A DNA stretch of 64,000 nucleotides from Octopus vulgaris (lineage: Eukaryota): positions 5,332,001 to 5,396,000 of the forward strand of contig OX597829.1 in assembly GCA_951406725.2 (NCBI GenBank), written 5' to 3'. The notes beneath the pieces are model-generated. The model was not told the origin of the DNA. It saw only the letters and a list, made by a program, of their open reading frames with translations, and made no database searches. Position numbers and translations under genes: made by a program. Shown here one piece after another: positions 11,405-24,269 of this stretch; position 1 is the stretch's first letter; each line of letters opens with the position of its first letter.

Positions 11405-11800
11405 CAAATAACTCGGTGCTATTAAACGGCAGTGGAACATGGACACTCACAAAAAAATGATCAAACGGGATAAGTAGATGCTACACAAGGATGTTACGAA
11501 TGGCCCTAAATATGAAATAGCAATAACTTGTAACAAACGGATGTCTTTATGGAGACCTGTCGAAAGTTAGCGAGAATATCAGGCAAAGACGGCTGCAGCT
11601 ATCTGATCACTGCGTACGCGAACCTTTGCTGGAAGTAACGCAATTAGTCACATGGAACCCACTTCATGGTGATGTAAGAAAAGGAAAATATCGTCACACA
11701 TCGACAACTTGATGCAGAAGCTAGCCTGGAATGTATCTAGGATCTCGAAGCAATGATGTTGGACCCAGAAGTTTGGCGGGTGAACTTTGTTGCTGCGGCC
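11405..11800 (+). mobile_element. Decayed RTEX/RTE LINE ORF C-terminus
   Basis: SVLLNGSGTWTLTK..CYTRMLRMALN..LYGDLSKVSENIRQRRLQLSDHC..WNPLHG, with stops. Confidence 0.8.
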
Positions 11801-12200
11801 CGGGTTGGAACTCGGTCGTAAAATAAATTGCTAGCATACACCCCATCACCTTCACCCAACATACTACAGGTCCACGAAGTCAGGGAAGAGAAAGTGAAGC
11901 TGGTATTCCAGCACAGCGCTCCCTCACTGTAATCCTAGTCGTACGCCAAGGTTCGAACTTGTTGAGGACGGTGGGCCTTCGAATATAATGCGCGATTGTG
12001 ACAATGAGAAACCGCCATATTCCATAGTTTCTTCACTAGTGAGGTTACGCTGAAGGTACAGAATAGGTGGAAGTAGTCTCAATTCTCCAGTCATCCGTGT
12101 GGTTGCAGCCTCTGTGGCTTTTCGGTATCTAGGTAGGTGCTGGAGTCTTGGTTATATTTAAAAAAACGGACAAACACGATTTTCATATGTATATTTTAGA

Positions 12201-12241
<41 letters not shown>

Positions 12242-14024
12242 ACAACGAAGAAGAACTAATCCAAACAAAATGAGAACGGTCTACATTAACAAGAAATATG
12301 TAGTGAAGTTCATGAATTTTGGTAAAAATTGTACATAGTGGGGAGATGTTTCCAGGTTGACCTGTCATCTAGAAAGAGAGAGAGAAAGAGAGAAAACAAT
12401 TCATCTCTCTCTCTCTCTCTTCCCCTCCTTCTCTCACATTCTCAGAGGTAGACTAGTCTGACATGATCATATTCCACTTTTCAAAAACACGAATTTCTCT
12501 CTATGTAGCTTAAATAAGAAAAGGCGATTTGGTGCCGTCCGTTGATGTTTTAAAATCCACTTGTGTGGTGGCGGTATAAAATATGGACGATTTATTTCAG
12601 TGGGGCTTTTGCAGTTTCTCCGAGACTGTTGATATTGATACTGTTGATATTCTCAAAGTCAACATGCAGTAAGGCCTCGCATCTGTAAGTTGAAGAAAAA
12701 AAATGCTTCGATCAAATGAGATTATTCGTGGAATTAATATACAAAAGCTCCCTCTTGAGGGTGTTTAAATTTTAATAACACTAAACTAGAGAGATACCTT
12801 CAATAAAAATCAAGTATCTGAAAACTTTTAGAAAATTATACACGATGCAGATGGGAATGGTTCTTGTATTAGCCAACTGGTGAAAGAAAGCAATAGACAT
12901 GTTTTGATTTATCAGAAAAGAGGCGGATATGCCATTTAATTGTGAGGGGAGTTAGCTAATTTAGAAGAGCAGAAGCCGTTGTTGTGGTGGTTGAATAGCC
13001 AGAATGCTTGTATAAATATAAATAATTTTAATGCGATTTTGATTTGTATCTCACAGACGTTCGACAGCGCGTCTGTGGGATAAAAATACAATCGCTTTGG
13101 AGTTATTTAACATTTGTGTTTTCAATTACTCCTTGCAATGTAATGAGGTTTTTATTTGTCCATTCAGATCTGTTTCATGTTTAAAAGAGTAAATATTAAA
13201 GGACTATGATCTGACAAATTCTTCCATGACTATTTACATATAGTTTCTTAAGAAGTCATAAGTGGTAGAAATGTCAAGCGCGGCCTGTTGAAGTGTATAC
13301 AGGCTGCACTCAACCTTGGAGAGAAAGTATGATTCTATTTCCACTGCACTTTACTGTAGACTTAGTAACTTCGCTTCATGTCGATATGCGATGTAGAAAG
13401 TACTCTACAACATGTGTAAAGTGTTGTCATTCTTTTATAAGTCAGTCAAGAAGGAGGAGAATACTCATGTCAACCCTTTCTATGTCTAAGAATAATGAGA
13501 TTGATGCGATTGATGTTCAGCCTGTCTGCGAGAAGGACCTGGGCAGGGAGGCAACCTAAAGTCGGTGGCTGTCTGGTCCGATTGTTTTCAACATTGTGAA
13601 TTTCATTAAAGACACCCAAGGACCAAGCGATGGTATTAAACCGAGCAGCGTGTTAGATCTACCACCCATTGCGAGTACAATGCTATGTATTTATTTAGTG
13701 CGGTATTAAAGAAACATTTAAAATGTTTAAGCAAACTTGCGGAACTGTTAATGTTTTTTCTATTTCTGGCAATGTAAGAAACCAACATTATTAATATTAT
13801 TACAGAGGGCGGTGGAAAGCAGAAACGGTAGACAGTCATACAAATTGCCTTCTGGTATTTAGTTACATTCCAGTTCAAATTCCGCTGGGTCTACTTTCTT
13901 GTTCATCTTTCCAGAGTCAATAAAATAGTACCAGTCAAGTTTACTTTATTCAATAGACTTCTGCCTAAGTTAGGATTTTGTTAGTCCTTGTGCTTAATAA
14001 AGAAAATCTTGTCGTTGTTGTTGT

Positions 14025-14800
14025 TATATCTGAAGGGTCTTTGGAGTAACGTGCCTAGATACGGTGAGTAGCTTGGGGATCTTTCCGGTTTGAACGGCAA
14101 TTTTTAACATAATTTCTAGGTAACTGAACACTTTTAAACTTCGTATACTGGTAGAATGTGTTTATAAAACATCTTTTTCTCTTGGCTTTATTGAGAAAAT
14201 TCTATAGTTTGTAAGAAATTTTTTCTTCAATTTCTGCAATTTCAACCAATCAAATACGTCTATTGAGGTAAAAGACCTTCTGTGCCGTATGAATATGTCC
14301 CTCGTTTAAGAAACAGATTGGGTTTATTTACATTTGTGAAGAAAAAAAGATACCCTTCCCCCCGCCCCTAACCCTAACTAACCCTAAAAGAGATTGAAAT
14401 GCAATAGATCGATACTAGGGTCATAATTATGGGTGACAATTTCATATGACACTGCTGGAAAAAAACTGCTATTCAAACTGAAAAGATCCTAGTTTGGAAA
14501 TCTGGGAATCTCTTCAGGTCGAGTCTCTACTTCTCGGCATTGAGAGATCACAGCTCCGGTACAACGGACATATGATTAGAATGTCGGAGGAAAGAATCAC
14601 ATGAGGGATTCTTGAAGCCAAGTCAATCAACAAGAAACCTTAGGGTAAGCCACGAACGAGGTGGTTGGATAATAACCATAATCTCACTTGGTTGCACTGA
14701 GAATCCAGTCGAAATGTCTAATGACAGTTGCTTCTAATAAGACATTATGCATGAGGTGCCTGAAGCCTTTATCCCCTCCACCCCACACCCAAGAATACGT
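14025..14800 (+). mobile_element. RTE LINE C-terminal fragment split by a MITE
   Basis: GVTCLDTVSSL|EIWESLQVESLLLGIERSQLRYNGHMIRM..GKPRTRWLD; the frame is restored when the MITE and one TSD are removed. Confidence 0.8.
14077..14489. mobile_element. MITE with about 28-bp TIRs and 8-bp TSD (Merlin-like)
   Basis: GGATCTTTCCGGTTTGAACGGCA...TGCTATTCAAACTGAAAAGATCC; flanks TAGCTTGG / TAGTTTGG. GG termini with an 8-bp TSD fit Merlin, but the superfamily call is inferred. Confidence 0.8.
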
Positions 14801-14818
14801 AGTTGACCAAGAATATGG

Positions 14819-14941
<123 letters not shown>

Positions 14942-15185
14942 GGCGGCGAGCTGGCAGAATTGTTACCGCGCCTGGCACATGGAATGTCGTCAGGCGCTTA
15001 CAGCCCTCTACCAGTCGGGCGAAATGCTTTACGTTCAGAGTTCAAATTCCACTGAGGTCGAATTTACCTTTCATCCTTTCTAGGTCCATAAAATAAGTAC
15101 CAAAGAAACAGTAGGGTCGATGAAATCGACTTATCCTCTCCCCCCAAAGTTGTTGACCTTGTATGAAAATTTGAAACCATCATTA
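14942..15185 (+). mobile_element. tRNA-derived SINE, family B (Meta-domain-like)
   Basis: GGCGGCGAGCTGGCAGAA head, GAGTTCAAATTCC B box, CCTTTCATCCTTTC..GGTC..TAAAATAAGTACC core. Confidence 0.8.
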
Positions 15186-15189
15186 TTAT

Positions 15190-15960
15190 TGAGTGTGTGG
15201 GGGCTCCGTTTTTGAGGCACGTCTTTCCACAGCTCGTGCAATTGACGGAGTTGCAGTTCTGGGTGAAGAAAAGACGGAGTCTGGGCGCCTGGCACCAGGA
15301 ATGTCGTCAGGCACTCACAGTCCTCTAATAGTCGAGCAATGGGATTGGTGGATGTTCTGCTTTAGACATTTACAGAGAATTAATGGCGACTAAATGCGAT
15401 GGCATCCTCGGGGTGACTCTGAGTCTCGACAAAAACTAAGACTTTCTGGTCGGGAACTGCCATGGATAATTTCCAGATGCCCTTAGCTTTGCAGTGCTCT
15501 ACTGGGTCGAGATAAACTCTACAGGCACGGATGTACTGTCAGACGGGTTTGTCCAAGGTGCGCACAAAGTGACGAAACCGTTCTGCACCCCCTCGTTCAG
15601 TGTACAGGCATTGCTGACTTGTGGGGTTATGCCGAACAGCCGCTGTCATGTGTGAGACCGATTCGTCTGTCGGCCGAGTCCAAAGCGATTATTTCCCCGC
15701 CGCCCTCCTTTAATCGGGCAGGCAAAGCAGTTTTCCTTTGCCTGGTGGTTGTGGCAAAAGGGGTTGTATGGGGGATGAGACTGAAAAGCATAAAGACAGA
15801 CACTTACCTCTTTGGTTGTGGAAATTGAAAAAGGAAACTGAGGGTGGAGAGGGAGGTGCTGTCCTCGTGTGAGTTTATTGAAAAGTGGGTGAAAGTTGCA
15901 AAACTGGCAACTAATAGAAATACGAAATACAAAATGGCTGACCGTTAGTAAGGAGAGACA
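15190..15960 (+). mobile_element. Decayed Tx1/L1-clade LINE ORF2 C-terminus (zf-RVT-like)
   Basis: RDKLYRHG..CPRCAQSDETVLHPLVQC..DLW CCHC knuckle; GC-richer than the flanks. Confidence 0.7.
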
Positions 15961-16180
15961 CACAAATAAGAAAGAAGAAAGCAAAGGACCACTGAGGCGG
16001 TCACAGGAGTGTAACGAAAGAACTCTGGCCGAAATAAGATTAAGATTAATGTAAAAAATAAATAACGTTGAAGCAAAGTAAACGCCAAATATATAGTGCG
16101 TGTGTTTTCATTGGCTAAACTGGTAAAATGACCATTCCGAAATATAACAATATTATCATTATTATTATTTTTATTATTAT

Positions 16181-16948
<768 letters not shown>

Positions 16949-16959
16949 GGATTATCTAT

Positions 16960-17200
16960 GTCACATCGCAGCTTCTTCCTACAGTTTAGAGATGCAACAC
17001 TTTCCTCAACACATAAATTGTTCCAAGTATTGCTGCCAGCTAAATACTTCCTATGAAGTTTGGAATTTGCAGTTTTTCTAACCAAGAATATTGCTTTCTT
17101 TGAGATGATCCCAAATGCCCTGATCACTATAAGTATCACTCTCACTTTTTGATGCAAATCCATTCTTTGGACTCTTTCCATAGAAAATAACTGGTTGCTT
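16960..17200 (-). mobile_element. R4/Dong-like LINE 3' end fragment
   Basis: VQRM..KVRVILIVIRAFGIISK resembles the end of the restriction-like endonuclease domain (PIVIGALG). Confidence 0.55.
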
Positions 17201-17237
17201 ATGTTGCAGCTTCTTATCTGCATAGATTGGCATAGAT

Positions 17238-17409
17238 AGGTGCAGGAGTGGCTGTGTGGTAAGTAGCTTGCTTACCAATCACCTAGTTCCGGGTTCAGTC
17301 CCACTGCGTGGCACCTTGGGCAAGTGTCTTCTACTATAGCCTCGGGCCGACCAAAGACTTGTGAGTGGATTTGGTAGAGGGAAACTGAAAGAAGCCCGTC
17401 GTATATATG

Positions 17410-17441
<32 letters not shown>

Positions 17442-17662
17442 CGTGTATGTTTGTGTGTCTATGTTTGTCCCCCTAGCATTGCTTGACAACCGATGCTGGT
17501 GTGTTTATGTCCCCGTCACTTAGTGGTTCGGCAAAAAGAGGCCGATAGAATAAGTACTGGGCTTACAAAGAATAAGTCCCAGGGTCGAGTTGCTCGATTA
17601 AAGGTGGTGCTCCAGCATGGGCACAGTCAAATGACTGAAACAAGTAAAAGAGTAAAGAGTAT
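17238..17662 (+). mobile_element. tRNA-derived SINE, family A, full length
   Basis: A/B boxes, CCTTGGGCAAGTGTCTT, internal (TA)(TG) repeat, AAAAGAGT tail. Confidence 0.9.
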
Positions 17663-18084
17663 ATCCTGCATGAGTTTCACCTGTATGAGTTTCATTCTCT
17701 CCTACTGGCTAAGATTGGTGCCCATCTCATATGTTGGAACATCCCACATGTTGGAACATCCTAGCTCATACTTTCAGCACACCTCCCAGTGTATTTGCCC
17801 TGCCACTTTGTCATAGCATTTTTCTTTTGGAGCTCAGTTTTGAGCATCTCCTAAATATATATTTAAACAAAAGTAACACTGATGCCTTACTAATGTACCT
17901 AGAAAGGAAGGCAGAAGAGGCTTAATAGAAGACTGTGTTGAATTAGCTGGAGTAGATATAGACACCTATGTGACTCTACTTGTGAAGACTGATGTCTATG
18001 TATAAGAAAAATAAGACTGAATTAATAAGACTGCATTCACATGGAGAGAAGTTTATGTAAAAGATGTGAGGAACCCATAAGAAT

Positions 18085-19090
18085 TCACTTAAACTGGTGC
18101 TGCCAGGAATTTGGTCTGCATATTCGTTTGCTCATTTTGATATCATCCCAAAAACTCCAATAAAAATAGGTAATGTTCTTGGTTTGAGATACTGCATTTT
18201 TCTGTTTGCTGTCTCCAAGGCCTTATATTTGTTCAGTGTATCAAATGCTTTCACAGATACGATTTTCTCAGTTGAAGCAGCAACATTGATCAAAGGATAA
18301 CATAATTTTCCCCATGATATCTGGTAGGGTTAGCTTGTATTTCCCGATCAGTCCAAACACTGAAATCCTAAGGGATGTTAATGTCAGTATACTGCAAAAC
18401 TTGGGGTGGTTTATGTTCCCACCAATTATTTTTGTGAGGGAAGTGACATGTGCAGCATATTAACCATTGCATGTATTGAGTCATCTTGTCATGTCTACAC
18501 AGGTTGGTGCCATTCAGCTGCATCTAGAGATTATGTGATCAGTTGTCTCTTGATGTTCTCCTTATACATGGCACAATGGACTACTTTCAGTCTTCAGAAC
18601 AATACACTGGAAAGTTCTAGTAGGAAAGCATTGGTCTTGAGCAGCAATAATGTACTCATCGACTTCAGAGCCTGTAAGACCAAATTCCTGGCAGCACCAG
18701 AATAATTAGGGCTCTGATCTACATTAGAGTTCCTGACTTTAAATGGGTATTTTCCATGCAGTGATTTTTGCTCCCATTTCTTCTCAATATATTAGAGGCT
18801 TGTTTCTTTGGTTATATTCATTAGTTCTTTTGCCTAGTCAGTTAGGGTCACATTTTCTTTGGGAACAGGTTCTTCTAGCTGCATTTTTTGAAGGTACATG
18901 TTTTTCCATCACAGAGTGTAACTTTTTGGTATCTTCATGTTTTAGAAGAATCTTTAATATCCAGTCATTTGCTTCACATCTGAGCTGCTGTAAATGTAAT
19001 CATCAATGTTCTGTAAGTTATTCCCATTTTCATGTATTTCACTGACAAAAATTCCGTATCTTATTCGTTAATACTGTTTAAGACATTCTC
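18085..19090 (-). mobile_element. Decayed R4/Dong-clade LINE (CCHC finger and REL endonuclease)
   Basis: WEQKSLHG, IIAAQDQ..TR, ETTDHIISRC, RHD, WWEHKP, DFSVWTDREIQAN(R)PDI, KYKALE, LPIFIGVFG; multiple stops and frameshifts. Confidence 0.85.
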
Positions 19091-19640
19091 CAGAGAAAGT
19101 GGGTTTGCAAATTCACATTACCTCCTCTCTTAGAAAAGAAATCTATTTTCCTTCGTCAGCTCGTCATCTGCAGTTAGCAGACAAACATTTTATTAAAACT
19201 ACTAAAAGGGTTTGACATTTGATGGAGATGGACGGCAGGAGGTAACCATGACAGCTGTCTTAAAAGGAACGTTGAGGTGGTCGCTTGCCTTTTAAAAATC
19301 TTGCTTACTGAAGTGGTTTTATTCAAAGATTTTTTGGAGAAATGTAACAACAACATCCCCACTACAATACACAGTCATAAATAACAACACCATCACTTCC
19401 GCCACCACCAAGAACAACAACAGTAACAGCAATGAGAACATCAAAAACAACTATATTAAAAAAGCAACAAAAATAAAAACAACTGTTTTACAATTCTCAC
19501 CGAAAAAAGAAAGATTCCTCTGCTCTCCCAGTCATGAGGAAACAGTGACAAGAACTGCAACAAAGCAATAATAAAAACAACAACAATGATGAAAGGTAGA
19601 AATATGTAAAACTAAAAGCCGAAAGCAAAATCAACAACAC

Positions 19641-19822
19641 CTATTTCTTTACTACCCACAAGGGGCTGAACACAGAGGAGACAAACAAGGACAGACAGAC
19701 GGACGGACTAAGTCGATTATATCAACTCCAGTACATAACTGGTACTTTATTTATCGACCCCGAAAGGATGAAAGGCAAAGTCGACCTCGGCGGAATTTGA
19801 ACTCAGAACGCAGCAGCGGAAA
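19641..19822 (-). mobile_element. SINE family B, 5'-truncated
   Basis: Reverse complement of the 20388-20618 body. Confidence 0.85.
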
Positions 19823-20387
19823 CACCAACATCACATTTGCCTTAACTTGTGCTGCAGACTGCTACACTCACAAGTATCACCATCTGCACCGGCATCACCA
19901 CTTCCAGTAAAAAGACATCAGACATTAAAGATATATCAAAGAAGAGGCCAACAAAAGCAATGTAATCAGCAGCACAACTTCAGCTATGTTTTTGTCCCAA
20001 GGGGAGACAACTACTGCTTCTTTGCCTACGGTCACCAGTTGTGTCATGACCGAAGGTAAGACACAAAAGCAGCAGCAGCAATGACAGCAACGAATACAGC
20101 TGAGCAGCTGCAAAAACAGGATCTTTTGCAAGTGTGGTAAGACTCAATCAGTGACTTCCATATAGAGAAAGATAAGCTGAAAGGCCAAAGAAAAGCAAGA
20201 AATCATTCTGATCAAGCTACAAGAAGTGATGGAGTATGCCAACAACAGCTGCTCACATATCCAGTGCATAAGCATGAAAAAGGGACAAATACAAAAAGGG
20301 CAAACCATGCGTGTGTGAAAAATTTTCTCAAAGCAATACAGATAGAAAAATGTTTTATTGCTCCAAGAAAAGTTAAAACATGCCCGA

Positions 20388-20618
20388 TGGCGATCTGGCA
20401 GAAACATTAGCAAGCCGGGCTAAATGCATAGCCGTATTTCGTCTGCCATTACGTTCTGAGTTCAAATCCCGCCGAGGTCGACTATACCTTTCATCCTTTC
20501 GGGGTCGATAAAATAAGTACCAGTTACGCACTGGGGTCGGTATAATCGACTTAATCCGTTTGTCTGTCCTTGTTTGTCCTCTCTGTGTTTAGCCCCTTGT
20601 GGGCAGTAAAGAAATAGA
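20388..20618 (+). mobile_element. SINE family B, full length
   Basis: Head, B box, Meta-like core, AGCCCCTTGTGGG tail. Confidence 0.85.
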
Positions 20619-20727
20619 TGATTCTGTTCGTTCAGGAATGTCTGAGATTTCACAACTGGTTGACATCCCATTTATGCTGGACGGATGTTTGTTTTTGAAA
20701 GATAAATATCGAGGGAAAATATACACA

Positions 20728-21127
20728 TAGGCACAGGAGTGGCTGTGTGGTAAGTAGCTTGCTTACCAACCACATAGTTCCAGGTTCAGTCCCACTGCAT
20801 GGCACCTTGGGCAAGTGTCTTCTACTATAGCCTCGGGCTGACCAAAGCCTTGTGAGTGGATTTGGTAGATGGAAACTGAAAGAAGCCCGTCGTGTATATG
20901 TATATATATATATGTTTGTGTGTCTGTATTTGGCCCCCTAGCATCGTTTGACAACCGATGCTGGTGTGTTTATGTCCCCGTAACATAGCGGTTCGGCAAA
21001 AGAGACCAATAGAATAAATACTGGGCTTACAAAGAATAAGTCCCGGGGTCGAGTTGCTCGATTAAAGGCAGTGCTCCAGCATGGCCACAACCAAATGACT
21101 GAAACAAGTAAAAGAGAGTAAAAGAGT
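20728..21127 (+). mobile_element. SINE family A, full length
   Basis: As 17238-17662. Confidence 0.9.
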
Positions 21128-21299
21128 ACATATACTCAAATATAATAATGATTTATCAAATCAATACATTTCTGTAAATGTATTTATTAATCAAAGTTAA
21201 ATAAGAAAGTTTCATGCCCCACAGCCTCATTAATCAATGAATAACAAAAAATTAAGATCCTCAAAATCAATACAGATGTTTGACTCCTCACTCTCTGAT

Positions 21300-21620
21300 A
21301 ATCACTCATGGTAACCTCTGCTGCATAACACCCTAAACATTATCTAAAAGATTAGCCATTCACTTCAAAGTCAGAAAACACTTCTGTAAGCAAGAGTCAC
21401 AGTAGAGTACTACTTCCACATTTGGAGTGGTTCTATTGCAAATATTTGGAACCATATCTCAAAAACAGATGGTCTTCAAAGCCAACTCCCATCAAATGCA
21501 ATTCTTTGTAGAACTCATGTTAAGTCTACAATGGATTACTGCTCCTACACATGGGATAGTTTTTGCATCTAGACACACATGGGATGGTTTTGGCATCATA
21601 GACCCCTATCCAACAAAAAA
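21300..21620 (+). mobile_element. Very old CR1/Jockey-group LINE RT remnant
   Basis: LCRTHVKSTMDYCSYTW resembles the LY...VRP.LEYCS.VW motif. Confidence 0.4.
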
Positions 21621-22212
21621 ATGAGATTTCTCTTGAGAATAAGAAAAATATTTCAGTTCTCATTTGGTGACTCTCCTATGAAGCTTTATTAAAATCCACT
21701 GTGTAATCCATCAGAAATTATTTTCAGGCAGGTTATATATATATATATACATACATGAAATGAATTATATATTTAATAAAGTTGAAGCAATTTAACTAAA
21801 AAGTTTATTTTCAACAGCTGCCAAACAACTTGTTTGTGTTTTTAAAATAAAGCTCTAAAATGCCACTATTTACTGTGCTGGCCAAAATGTTTAGCAGCAT
21901 TTTGTCCGTCTTTACATTCTGAGTTCAAATTCCTCCAAGGGGAATAAGATAAGTATTAGTTGTGTACCGGGGTTGATATAACTGACTGTGGCCTCCCACT
22001 AATTTTTGATGTTGTGCCTATAGTAGAAAGGATTATTATGCATGTTGTTCAGCTCTAGGTCATTACATATCCTGTATAGAACTATGTTCAAAGGTGTTCC
22101 ATCTACGACTTGGAATATGTTAATCAATGTTTCCTTCCTTCATATTCTTCTTAAACCCTAGATCAGTTTGATCAATCAAATCTACAATAATGATGATCAT
22201 GATTATACATAC

Positions 22213-22250
<38 letters not shown>

Positions 22251-22251
<1 letters not shown>

Positions 22252-23170
22252 GGGACAACTGAAGAAGGGGATTATTCTTTATGTTGTATGTCCCTTTTCT
22301 CTGTTTTTTTTTTCGTTTCCCATTGTGTTTAATGTTATTTTGATGTCCTGTACCCATATATGTATATATGTATATATATGTGTGTGTGTCTGTGTACATA
22401 TATATATATACATATACATATATTTATGTATTATTTATATTATTATATGATCGAACGCCACGCATCCTTTTCCAATTAGTTTTATCCTTATAATTACGAT
22501 GCGCACTCTTCTATCTCTACTATCACTTCTCTGTCTATCCCTCTCTCTCTCTTGTTCTTCATCCTTTCTGCTTTTCTCTCCCACCCTTTCCTATTCCTTT
22601 CTCCTCTTCACTGTTCCCTCTCTCTCACTCTTCCTCCTTCACTCTCACATCGCTGACACGTGATGAAAAATAATTTGTCCGCCCACAACCTTCGAAAAGA
22701 AAAAAACATGCTTATACTGTCTCCTTCATAAGTTTGTCTTCCTAGCGTTCATAATAATTTTTCCTTCGTCTTGGCTTAACAACCCTCACCGTTTGTTTTT
22801 AATGTCTTGTTCTCACTGTCCTGTTTTTGTTACCGCTTTCACCCTCCGTGAAAAATCCCAAATTTTATTTAATTTACTTTGCGGGAAGGACTGTTTCAAC
22901 GAAGTCACGTATTGTCCTTGCCTTCGGAAACGCGGAGTAGATGAAAGAGGAACAACTGATGAAGGGGAATATTCTTTATGTTGCATGTCTCGTTTCCCCG
23001 TTTATTTTTGGTGTTTGAAAAAAGTTCGTTTTCCATGTTTTTGTTTTTATGTTTTCGTTTCCCATTGTGCTCAACGTTTTTTTGATGTCCTGTACCCATA
23101 TATGCATGTATATATACATATAGATGTATGTATATATGCATATATTTATATATTATTTATATTATTATAT
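22251..23170 (+). mobile_element. Non-coding element with terminal direct repeats (Penelope pseudo-LTR-like)
   Basis: 22251-22448 repeats at about 22948-23170 (CAACTGA(A/T)GAAGGGG..GATGTCCTGTACCCATATATG..TATTATTTATATTATTATAT); unit 697 nt. Confidence 0.6.
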
Positions 23171-23366
23171 ATTATTCAATGAGTTCTTTTTTTAAGATGG
23201 CAGCGTGGGATTTGAGGGAATTTTGAGTGACCATTTAGTGGTTTCAGTATATTACACACACACACACACAGATACGTGTGTACGTATGTATTTATGTGTA
23301 TGCATATATGTACATACATTATCTATCATATTCTCTGTCTCTCTCTCTCTCCCCCTCTCTCTCTGC

Positions 23367-23412
<46 letters not shown>

Positions 23413-23749
23413 TTTTTCATTAGAACTGCAAAAACATCAGTAAAAACTGTTACTCATAGTTTCACATTCCCATTCATCAGGCGCTTGTGATCAAGAAAGA
23501 TTTTTGGTCACAACTGTTAGATGAATGGGTAACGTAAAACTCTGTACAGCTGGATGCTATTCCAAATGCTAACCACTTTACACTGTGGACCAGATGCTTT
23601 TAACATGGCACTTGCACTGGCAGAGTGGCCAAATAACTAGTGAGTCAAGGAATTATGAGAGGGGCGGGGGTATATGAGGAGGGGAACTTGTGTCAGAGGA
23701 TGAAAGGTATAGTCATATACCAAAATATTTAACATTATATTTGTGTTAC

Positions 23750-23774
23750 ATTATTATTATTATAATTACTATTA

Positions 23775-23821
<47 letters not shown>

Positions 23822-23826
23822 ATTAC

Positions 23827-23868
<42 letters not shown>
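23750..23868. repeat. (TAT)n microsatellite, followed by a decayed family B SINE (23869-24085)
   Basis: Visible. Confidence 0.9.
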
Positions 23869-24269
23869 AGGCGGTGAGTTGGCAGAATCATTAGCCAAAC
23901 AGGCAAAATTCTTAGCAGTATTTTGTCTGTCTTTACATTCTGAGTTCAAATTCCATCACGGTAGACATTATTTTTCATATTTTGGGGAGTCAATAAATTA
24001 AGTACCAGTGAAACACTGGGGTTGATGTAATCGGCTATCCCCCTCCTCCGAATTTCAGACCTTGTGTCTATTGTAGAAAAGATTATTATTATTGTTGTTG
24101 TTGCTGTTGTTATTATTGTTGTTCCATTATCAGAAAGCATAGTTTCTGTACCATACTTTTTTCTTTTTTGGACAAAATACATCTTTCAGATAATCATATT
24201 CTCAAGTTGTGAGAGTTAGCAGCTCGTTCCAATTCTTGGGGTTTTTTTGCCCACCAAAATTTTTTTCTC

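Noticed and set aside
12545-12690. Plus-strand signal-peptide-like frame ending at GTAAGT
   Set aside because: An in-frame TAA follows ATG TTT directly; the same bases read better as a minus-strand acceptor; no downstream exons were found.
13293-13559. 88-aa plus-strand ORF
   Set aside because: No recognisable domain; the minus strand has SLFLDIE, hinting at a decayed LINE RT instead.
14365-14388. Telomere
   Set aside because: Only about four units, internal to a MITE.
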